From Eledone cirrhosa (lineage: Eukaryota): a stretch of 64,000 bases of DNA. The position numbers and the translations under genes are program-made. The notes under the pieces were generated by a model. That model searched no databases. It saw nothing but the letters and a program-made list of their open reading frames with translations, and had not been told where the DNA came from. Location of the stretch: NCBI GenBank assembly GCA_964016885.1, contig OZ024756.1, forward strand, positions 36,766,001 through 36,830,000, in the 5' to 3' direction. Positions 54,085 to 64,000 of the stretch are shown piece by piece (positions within the stretch are counted from its first letter, which is position 1; the number at the start of each line of letters is the position of its first letter).

Positions 54085-54210
54085 ATGTATGTTGATGCCC
54101 TAAGGACAGACACTGGTCTGTTGGAGATGCAGGATATGGCAGCGATAATGAGGGACAGAGACCGCTGGAGAGAACTCGTCCATGGATCTCGGGAATTTTA
54201 CCCGCCTTAG
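54085..54210 (+). mobile_element. RTE-type LINE 3' terminal fragment
   Basis: [35 protein letters not shown]; same family as 58125-58510. Confidence 0.7.
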
Positions 54211-54774
54211 ATAGATAGATATGTATGTATATGTATATATCTATATACATATATGTATATATATATATATATATAAATATATATTTACCTTTTGGCTAAT
54301 CTTTGTTGTTATTCCTGTTTCACTGAAATTAGTTTTTTTGGGAGTGTTTTTAATGATGGTGGCACATGGGAATGAGGGTGAGACAGTGCCCATAACTGTT
54401 TAAATGTCCGGATGATATTGAAAAGTGAAATGAAAAAAAAAAATGTAATGAAATAGGTGATATTGGTATATTAAGTAAAGGGGGGGGGGCGGTTTGGCTG
54501 AATGCCACAGGTAAAATTCTTAATTAAACTTTCTCCTCCTGGTTAAAGAAAAAAACAAATAGCCATAACAGTTACTAATCACTCTTAAATGAGATTTTTT
54601 TTCTCATTTTAAAAAATCAACTGATCAGGCAGGTTTTGTTAGTCTATACTGTGCTGGTGAGGTCTAATAGACAGAAATATATCTATGGGTGTCTCTTGCT
54701 GGTAAACAAAGATCAACTCATTCTTCTCGTTAAGAATATAAATTAATCTGTGAGAAATTTTTATTTGTAATTCT

Positions 54775-56285
54775 CTGAATTGGGAGATCACAGCTCTGAT
54801 ACTATGGGCATGTGGTAAGAATGTCTCAGGATAGAATCACTGGACAGATTTGTAGCTCGGAGATCAAAGTATCATTCCAGATAGCGCCACTACTGTTCTG
54901 AATTGAGAGATCACAGTTCTGATACTATGGGCATGTGGTTAGAATATCACAGGAAAGAATCACTGGACAGATTTGTAGCTCGGAGATCAAAGTATCATTC
55001 CAGATAGCGCCACTACTGTTCTGAATTGAGAGATCACAGTTCTGATACTATGGGCATGTGGTTAGAATATCACAGGAAAGAATCACTGGACAGATTTGTA
55101 GCTCGGAGATCAAAGTATCATTCCAGATAGCGCCACTACTGTTCTGAATTGAGAGATCACAGTTCTGATACTATGGGCATGTGGTTAGAATATCACAGGA
55201 AAGAATCACTGGACAGATTTGTAGCTCGGAGATCAAAGTGTCACTCCAGATAGAGCTGCTACTGTTCTGAATTGAGAGATCACAGTTCTGATACTATGGG
55301 CATGTGGTTAGAATATCACAGGAAAGAATCACTGGACAGATTTGTAGCTCGGAGATCAAAGTATCATTCCAGATAGCGCCACTACTGTTCTGAATTGAGA
55401 GATCACAGTTCTGATACTATGGGCATGTGGTTAGAATATCACAGGAAAGAATCACTGGACAGATTTGTAGCTCGGAGATCAAAGTGTCACTCCAGATAGA
55501 GCTGCTACTGTTCTGAATTGAGAGATCACAGTTCTGATACTATGGGCATGTGGTTAGAATATCACAGGAAAGAATCACTGGACAGATTTGTAGCTCGGAG
55601 ATCAAAGTATCATTCCAGATAGCGCCACTACTGTTCTGAATTGAGAGATCACAGTTCTGATACTATGGGCATGTGGTTAGAATATCACAGGAAAGAATCA
55701 CTGGACAGATTTGTAGCTCGGAGATCAAAGTGTCACTCCAGATAGAGCTGCTACTGTTCTGAATTGAGAGATCACAGTTCTGATACTATGGGCATGTGGT
55801 TAGAATATCACAGGAAAGAATCACTGGACAGATTTGTAGCTCGGAGATCAAAGTATCATTCCAGATAGCGCCACTACTGTTCTGAATTGAGAGATCACAG
55901 TTCTGATACTATGGGCATGTGGTTAGAATATCACAGGAAAGAATCACTGGACAGATTTGTAGCTCGGAGATCAAAGTGTCACTCCAGATAGAGTTGCTAC
56001 TGTTCTGAATTGAGAGATCACAGTTCTGATACTATGGGCATGTGGTTAGAATATCACAGGAAAGAATCACTGGACAGATTTGTAGCTCGGAGATCAAAGT
56101 GTCATTCCAGATAGCGCCACTACTGTTCTGAATTGAGAGATCACAACTCTGATACTATGGACATGTGGTTAGAATGTCTCAAGATAGAATCACTGGACAG
56201 ATTCTACAGGCAAAACCAACTAGCAGGAGACCCAGGGGTAGGCCTTGGGCAAGATCATCGTTGGATAACATCTATGAGCTTGGCT
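54775..56285 (+). repeat. 123 bp satellite (~11-12 copies) derived from an RTE LINE coding segment
   Basis: AATTGAGAGA recurs at 54901 and 55024. The last unit reads through into ERSQL*YYGHVVRMSQDRITGQILQAKPTSRRPRGRP. Confidence 0.9.
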
Positions 56286-57098
56286 CACACATACATGGAA
56301 ACTTCCCCCATCACTCACACACACATCACACATAAAGACATCTCCCTCCACACACAGACACCTCAGCTCATACACACACACACACACACACACACATCTC
56401 CACACGTACACACATACACATATAGACACTTTCATACATACACACCAGTCAGTATTGCATCATTTAAGTTGGTTGGGTTTTTTTTGTGCGTGTGATTTGG
56501 TCTCTGTGTCTTAATCTGTATTGATGTTTTTTTTAATGTATTGAGTCACACTAATGTATGTGAGTGGAGGGTAGTTTTGGTGTTTGTGAGTGGAGGGTGG
56601 TTTTGGTGTTTGTGAGTGGAGGGTGGTTTTGGTGTTTGTGAGTGGAGGGTGGTTTTGGTGTTTGTGATGTGAGTGGAGGGTGGTTTTGGTGTTTGTGATG
56701 TGAGTGGAGGGTGGTTTTGGTGTTTGAGAATGTAATGGTAGTGGTGATGGTTTTATTAAAAGTAATGGTGGTGATTGTGATGATGGTGGTGGTGGAGAGG
56801 ATTATAGTAAAAGTAATGATAGTGGTGGTGGTGATGGTGGTTTAATGATGCTGGTGGTGTTGATGATAATGCTGATGATAATGGTTGTATTGATCATAAT
56901 AGTGATGATGCTGATGATACTATAGTGTTAGTTTCTACTGGAGAATTTTCAGTTTTCCGGTTTATCTCCAATTCTCTCCTCTTCCTCCTCCCATATGTTC
57001 AGATTCAGGGAAATATGACCCTCCTCTCTTTCTTTCTCTCTCACACACACATGTAAATACATGTATGTATGTATGTATATATATATATATATATATGT

Positions 57099-57435
57099 AG
57101 GCACATGGCTTAGTGGTTAGAGCATTGGCCTTGCAATCGAAAGGTTGTGAGTTCAATTCTCAGACCGGGTGATGTTGTTTCCTTGAGCAAGACACTTTAT
57201 TTCACATTGCTCCAGTTTACTCAGCTGTAGAAATGAGATGATAGGGACTGGGGTCCCTATCATTCCACTGCAGCGTGGTCGTGGAGGTGCCACGGCAAAA
57301 AAGCACCCACCACTCACTGTAAATGAGGTTGGTGTTAGGAAGGGCATCCAGCTGTAGAAATCAAGCCAGCATCAGTTTCCGTCCCACCCTTGCAAGCAGG
57401 GAAAAGCGGACGTAAAATGAAATGATGATGATGAT
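57099..57435 (+). mobile_element. SINE S1, full length
   Basis: A/B boxes, internal hairpin ATGATAGGGAC..GTCCCTATCAT, central domain, RTE-like tail and (TGA)n. Confidence 0.88.
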
Positions 57436-57764
57436 ATATATATACATGTGTATGTTTATAAATAAATGTGTGTGTGTGCATATATTATAGGCAATCTCTT
57501 GATGTTTATAAATAGAAGTTTGTTGTTTCTTAGATTCTGCACCAATCTAAGGGCTGTTATTTAATAGATGACCTATATATAAAGGACTACGTGCGTGTGT
57601 GTGTGTGCATGTGCGTTCGTGCGTGTGCACACATACATATACAGAAGAGACATACACACAAGGTCAATTTCTCACTATCTACTATTTCTCACTCTCTCAT
57701 ATATTAAATTAACAATGAAAATAAAACAACTAAGTCAAGTTACTTTACCTATTCATATCATTGT

Positions 57765-57832
<68 letters not shown>

Positions 57833-58124
57833 CATACACACACACACAAGGTCAATTTCTCACTATCTACAAAATTTACTCACAAATTATTGGCCTGACC
57901 AGGAATATAGTTAAAACACAGTCCTGCCTGCATTGTTATCACTTTAAATTCAGTTAAAGCAACAACAAAAAGCACCAGCATTTGAATCTCAGAACAATGA
58001 AAAGAAAATATCATTGAAAAGATGAACTCTTCCTTTATAGCTTCAAAATGCCAGGGTTTGATTGATCATCCCTGTCATTCTTGTGCTAAACCACCTGAAC
58101 CTCTCCCTGGTTCTTTGATATCAT

Positions 58125-58510
58125 CTAGGGCGGGTAAGATTCTTGAGATCCATGGACGAGTTTTCTCCAGTGGTCTGTCTTTCATCATCGCTACCATGTC
58201 CTGTGTCCAGTGTATGTCCTTAGGGCTTTAACATATGTCAACCTCGGTCTCCCTCTTCCAGTGTGTCCATGTAGAGGGCTCCCACAGGAGCACTGAGTGT
58301 GCAATGTCAACTCTGAATGTTGGTGAGCATGTCCAGCTAACCTCAGTCTCCTCTGTGTCACTTTTGAGCTGACTTTTGGGAGGCTCCAGTACAGCTCTGA
58401 GTTCTTCATCCTCAGTGTATTCTGATTAATGTTCAGAGCCATCCTCAGCATCCTCGTGTAGCACCCATCCACCATCTGAGTGAGTCTCTTGGTCAATGTT
58501 CAAGTCTCAG
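58125..58510 (-). mobile_element. RTE-type LINE C-terminal fragment
   Basis: DGCYTRMLRMALNI..ELYWSLPKVSSKVTQRRLRLAGH..GRGRPRLTYVKALR. Confidence 0.85.
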
Positions 58511-59609
58511 AAAGTGTTTATATTTGTCTAAAAACCTTCCATCATAATTTTATGTAAGACTCATTATGTTCTAAACACCAAACAAAAAAAGTTAGTTTTT
58601 TTTTCTTTTTTTTTCGTTAATATAAATAAATCCTGGGGGGTTGGCAGTATCAGTAGAGTGTCAGCAACCATGCTTTGAGGCATAGAGTTACGGCCCTTTA
58701 CTTTCTGAGTTCAAATCCCGCCGAGGTTAACTTTGCCTTTCATTCTTACGGGGGTCGATAAAATAAAGTACCAGTAATGCACTGGGATAATTGCTGACCT
58801 AGTGCCAAAAGTAGAAATAATATTACTAAATCCTTCTAAGTTCTTGATTATTTTCAAAATAATTTGGAAACCAGAGGCAAAAAATCTGGTAGTGAAGAGG
58901 TTAAGCAACAATTGTTTTGGAAAGAAAGAATGAAATATTTTTTTTGTGTAGGAAAATAACTGATATTGTGTGTTACGTAGAACTGAAGTGTCTCTAGAGT
59001 AAAGTGAGGCAGACATGTTGGATTATAAATGGAATTTTTTACTAGGTGAAGCAAGAAATAGTTAGTCCGGGGATTTAACTGTTGGTGTAAACCCATTGGG
59101 AAATAGCTATTAAGGGATTCAATATAGGATGTGAACCCATTCAGGAGGCAGGACCAGGGGGAACAGGAGGAATTCAGATTATAAATGTTGCCAAAATAAT
59201 AATTATTATAAATCTTATCGGATTTTTGTTTGAAATATAAAGTTAAAATGTTTGATTTTTCTGTATTTAGATATGGTTTACTATTACCACACCTTGTCTC
59301 ACTGTTTATGTATGTGTATATATATATTATATATGTATATGCATGTGTATGTATATATCTGTGTGTGTATGTATGTATGTGTCTATGTAGGAATGGGTGT
59401 GTGTGTCTGTGACATGTTTTCCATACTTGCATGGTTTAAATGGGTTATCACATTCTGAGCCCATACAGGTCAGATGACTGCATTTCACTCATGTTCCACT
59501 CTGAAATATCCTCTTCCACTAATGCCAACCACTTCCTATTGTGTACTGGGTGCGTTTTATCACGAAACCACCATTATCTATGAATTTTAATTAATTTTTA
59601 AAATAACTA

Positions 59610-59826
59610 CCATATTTCCCCGCCGCTGAAGACACTTTGTCCTCGAGGACGCACCCTAATTTTGACAAAAATAAAAAGAAAAATAACAAACAACCTTCGG
59701 CCTCTAGGACACATGGTAGATTTTTGAGACTTCATCATGATCATCATCGTCGTTTAACGTCTATCTTCCACACTAGCATGGGTTTTTTTAGGAAAAAAGT
59801 AGTGTCTTCGATGCCAGGAAATACGG
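59610..59826. mobile_element. Tc2/pogo-like MITE remnant
   Basis: TA|CCATATTTCCC..GAAGACAC at one end and GTGTCTTC..GGAAATACGG at the other, as imperfect TIRs. Confidence 0.5.
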
Positions 59827-60029
59827 TCTCTTTCTCATTATTAATTTGGTGTTTGAAGCTTAAATTAATAAAATGTTCTTACATAAAATTATAATGGGAA
59901 GTATAGATTTAAACCTGAACACTTTAAAACAAACATTCTTTCTTTGGGTAATGACTGAAAGAACATGATCATGAATACAAGCAGCCAAAATCAGATTCGT
60001 CTGAAGTGTCTTTGGAGTAATATTATTCG

Positions 60030-60250
60030 ATAAGGTGTGTAGCTTGGAGAGCAGAGAGTCACTCCAGGTAAAGCTGGTACTTCTCTGCATTGAGAGATCA
60101 GACCTCCGATACTACGGACATGTGGTTAGAAAATCTAAGGAAAATAAAAAATTGTTGTATAAATTTTACGAGGAAAGTCAACTGGCAGGAGACCCAGAGG
60201 TAGACCATGAGTAAGATGGTTGAATAACATCCATAAGTTTGATTGGTCAC
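60030..60250 (+). mobile_element. RTE LINE C-terminal fragment homologous to the 123 bp satellite unit
   Basis: GAGAGATCAGACCTCCGATACTACGGACATGTGGTTAGA (ERSDLRYYGHVVR), followed by GGCAGGAGACCCAGAGGTAGACC. Confidence 0.75.
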
Positions 60251-60532
60251 ACTTGGGCATCCAGCCAGATCATTTGGAGACTGTTTCTGATAGGCCTCTC
60301 TCGAAGACATATCTCAGGACACTGCCCCCGTAACCCTCTCAGAATTACATGGGTGAAGAAGATTTTTCTTTATAGAACCAGAAGTGATATCGGAAGAATT
60401 AACTTCTGAAATAAAATATTATTGGTCATGTAATAATAAAATTTCAATAAATTTGACGGAGTTTTAGCCATGTTGGTGTTTAAAGATTTATACATTTGTT
60501 TCAACTTGTATTTTTTTTCTATTTTTTTCCAG

Positions 60533-60650
60533 ATAAAAAGACAATTCTTAAAAGTATATCTGGAAAATTCTGTTCTGGTCAGCTGACAGCTATCATGGGA
60601 CCGTCTGGGGCAGGGAAGTCCTCCCTAATGAATATCCTTGCTGGATACAG
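60533..60650 (+). CDS. ABCG1: ABCG1/4-like exon 2 (Walker A)
   Basis: Polypyrimidine tract plus CAG acceptor. Translates (D)[38 protein letters not shown](R) with Walker A GPSGAGKS. Donor GTAAGT at 60651, phase 2. Not in the supplied ORF track. Confidence 0.96.
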
Positions 60651-61419
60651 GTAAGTCGTGTAACTTGTTAACAAAAGTAGCACTTCTATTCCTTTTCTTG
60701 TTTCAGTTTTCTTTACCAGCTCTTCAGTAATTGGTAAAATTATTACTGGGTCGTCAAATATGAAATTTGTAGAAATTTTTTTTTTTTTTCTACAAATTTC
60801 ATACTTGACCCAATATTATTATTTGGCATAGAGTTACGGTCCTTTACGTTCTGAGTTCAAATCCCGTGGAGGTTAGCTTTGTCTTTCATCCTTACATGGT
60901 TGATAAAATAAAGTACCAGTAATGCACTGGGGTAATTTCTGGCCTTGTGCCAAAAGTAGAAACATTATATTGGCAGTATCAGTAGAGGGTTAGACGTTAT
61001 GCTTTGCAGCATAGAGTTGCGCCCCTTTACGGTCTGAGTTCAAATCCTGCCGAGATTAACTTTGCCTTTCATCCTTACAGAGGTCAATAAAATAAAGTAC
61101 CAGTAATGTACTGGGTAATTGCTGGCCTTGTGCCAAAAGTAGAAACATACATTATTATATTGTAAGGGCGGTGGATTGGCAGTATCGGTAAAGCGTCTGA
61201 CATTTTGCCACATATGGTTATGGACCTTTACATTCTGAGTTCAAACCCCACTGAGGTTATCTTTTGTCTTTTATCCTTACAGAGTCGATAAAATAAAATA
61301 CCAGTAATGTACTGGGGGTCAATTTAATCAACTTTCCCCTTCCCTTCATATTGCTGTCCTGTTGTACCAAAAGTAGAAAGAGTTATATTATATTTTACTA
61401 TGAATTGTTATTTTGACAG

Positions 61420-61609
61420 GACATCTAATGTTAGCGGAGATATCCTGATTAAAGGTAAAGAACGTAACCTCAGAACATTCCGGAAGATGTCATGTTACAT
61501 CATGCAAGATGACCACCTCCTGCCCCACCTCAGCGTGGAAGAGTCCATGATGTGTTCAGCCAACCTCAAACTTAATGAAAATACGAGTAAGGCTGAAAAA
61601 CAGAGTTTG
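61420..61609 (+). CDS. ABCG1: ABCG1/4-like exon 3 (Q-loop)
   Basis: ttttgacAG acceptor. Translates (R)[63 protein letters not shown], matching ABCG1 [22 protein letters not shown]. Donor GTGAGT at 61610, phase 0. Confidence 0.96.
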
Positions 61610-61615
61610 GTGAGT

Positions 61616-62855
61616 ATCATCATCATCATCATCATCGTCGTTTAGTATCCATTTTTCCCCACGCTAGCATTAGTTAGATAGTTTGTTCCATTTGAAGCAA
61701 GTCAGGTCAGGTGACCATGTCTTGCGCATACAGAACTGATCCTAGCTTGGTTTCTAGGGTTGGATGCCCTTCCTAACGCCAACCACTTTACAGTGTGTAC
61801 TGGGTACTTTTTGTTGTGACACCTACACAACCACTTTACAGTGTGTACTGGGTACTTTTTGTTGTGACACCTACACAACCACTTTACAGTGTGTACTGGG
61901 TATTTTTTTGTTGTGACACCTACATGACCACTTTACAGTGTGTACTGGGTGCTTTTTGTTGTGACACCTACATGACCACTTTACAGTGTGCACTGGGTGC
62001 TTTTTGTTGTGACACCTACACAACCACTTTACAGTGTGTACTGGGTATTTTTTTGTTGTGACACCTACACAACCACTTTACAGTGTGTACTGGGTATTTT
62101 TTTGTTGTGACACCTACATGACCACTTTACAGTGTGTACTGGGTGCTTTTTGTTGTGACACCTACACAACCACTTTACAGTGTGTACTGGGTATTTTTTT
62201 GTTGTGACACCTACATGACCACTTTACAGTGTGTACTGGGTACTTTTTGTTGTGACACCTACACAACCACTTTACAGTATGTACTGGGTATTTTTTTGTT
62301 GTGACACCTACATGACCACTTTACAGTGTGTACTGGGTGCTTTTTGTTGTGACACCTACACAACCACTTTACAGTGTGTACTGGGTATTTTTTTGTTGTG
62401 ACACCTACATGACCACTTTACAGTGTGTACTGGGTACTTTTTGTTGTGACACCTACACAACCACTTTACAGTGTGTACTGGGTATTTTTTTGTTGTGACA
62501 CCTACATGACCACTTTACAGTGTGTACTGGGTGCTTTTTGTTGTGACACCTACATGACCACTTTACAGTGTGTACTGGGTGCTTTTTGTTGTGACACCTA
62601 CATGACCACTTTACAGTGTGTACTGGGTGCTTTTTGTTGTGACACCTACATGACCACTTTACAGTGTGTACTGGGTGCTTTTTGTTGTGACACCTACATG
62701 ACCACTTTACAGTGTGTACTGGGTGCTTTTTGTTGTGACACCTACATGACCACTTTACAGTGTGTACTGGGTGTTTTTTGTTGACACCTACATGACCACT
62801 TTACAGTGTGTACTGGGTGCTTTTTGTTGTGACCTACACAACAATTTTATAGTGT
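61616..62855 (-). repeat. S1-related SINE whose internal 48 bp segment is amplified ~22 times
   Basis: (CAT)n tail, then GGATGCCCTTCCTAACGCCAA, then tandem CCACTTTACAGTGTGTACTGGGTGCTTTTTGTTGTGACACCTACATGA. Confidence 0.9.
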
Positions 62856-62858
62856 AAG

Positions 62859-62895
<37 letters not shown>

Positions 62896-62960
62896 ATAAA
62901 GCTTCTTTCTTTTTAGATATTGTCTCTCCTTATGTTTATCTCAAGTATGTCTGTGTGTCT

Positions 62961-62998
<38 letters not shown>

Positions 62999-63981
62999 TA
63001 CACCTGCAGGTATGTTGTTTGGTTGGGTGGGGGTGGGGTGGGTGGTTGGCTCATATCTGTCAGTACATTGTGGCCCCCACCCCATTCTCTATATCAATAG
63101 ATTGTTTACACCCCCAACCCCACCGCATCCAACTGTCTTCATATCTGTTAATAGGTTCTCTACACCCCCTCCTGTTCTCTATATCTATCAATACATTCCC
63201 CACCCCACCCCACCCCCTCTCTCTCTCTATATATATATCAATATATTACCAAGCTGTCACCCCTCTCTTCAGCTGGGGGGGGGGGGTATCTCTCCTCTCC
63301 CCCTCCCTCACCCTAGTTTTCTTATCTTGTTACATTTAATCTTGACCTACATATGTCTGTCTAAACTTGACCTACTACACCTGGCTCAGTCTAAACTTGA
63401 CCTAGAATAAATTTTTATCTTATGTATGTATACTTGTGTGTGTGTGTGTGTGTGTGATCTTCCCTGCCAATAGTGGAGGCGGTAAGACTATACACTGAAT
63501 CACACTGTGCCATGTACCTCCTGGCCACTGGCCTTGTTCTAGCTTGTAAACTTTTCTTTATCTCTGGGAGAGAGATGGTTGCCTACTCTTCAGCACTGAC
63601 CTCAGCTGGCTCTGCTCTCTTGATTGATGTTACAGGTCACTAGTTGTATAGTGACTGGTCTGTCTGATGGTCAGGTCACCAATTGTTGTACTATTACTCA
63701 GGTCACCAGTTTTATAGTGACTGGTCTGTCTGATGGTCAGATCACCAGTTGTACAGTGACTGGTCTGTTTGATGGTCAGGTCAACAGTTGTTGTACAGTG
63801 GTTGGTTTGTTTGATGGTCAGGTCAGCAGTCAGAATATTGTATTTTTTTCAAATCCATGTACTCATCATTCCTTGTCCTCTAAACACCTCCTTCAATTCC
63901 TTGTACTCTATTATGATCTTGTGTGAGGAGCAATAAACTGGCAAATATTTAGTTGTTTTTTTAATTTTATTTTGTTTTCAG

Positions 63982-64000
63982 GTTGATGAAATTCTTGATA
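63982..64000 (+). CDS. ABCG1: ABCG1/4-like exon 4 start (runs off the window)
   Basis: T-rich tract plus tttcAG at 63980-63981. Phase 0 reading VDEILD (human ABCG1 VKEILT). Only 19 nt visible. Confidence 0.8.

Noticed and set aside
57099-57170. tRNA gene
   Set aside because: tRNA-like A/B boxes are the head of a multi-copy SINE and continue into the SINE body.

Overview
Eukaryotic, AT-rich, microsatellite- and SINE-dense animal DNA; the repeat content suggests a cephalopod such as Octopus (inference). Only one protein-coding gene is supported: the 5' part of an ABCG1/ABCG4 (white-family) half ABC transporter on the + strand. It has four phase-compatible coding exons (18288-18579, 60533-60650, 61420-61609, 63982-window end) and a ~42 kb first intron. 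Nearly all other ORFs in the track are microsatellite artefacts or decayed RTE-clade LINE fragments. The rest is tRNA-derived SINEs (about 20 copies of one family), TTAA- and TA-flanked MITEs, and minisatellites, two of which visibly arose from LINE and SINE pieces. The most unusual signal lies between ~9.8 and 42 kb. At least six families of short non-coding elements, mostly inside (TA)n/(CA)n tracts, carry type I hammerhead ribozyme cores (stem I-CUGANGA-stem II-GAAA-short, often palindromic stem III-UH). Many are folded into long inverted repeats whose junction falls in or next to the ribozyme. This resembles Penelope-like element pseudo-LTR remnants or non-autonomous retrozymes.
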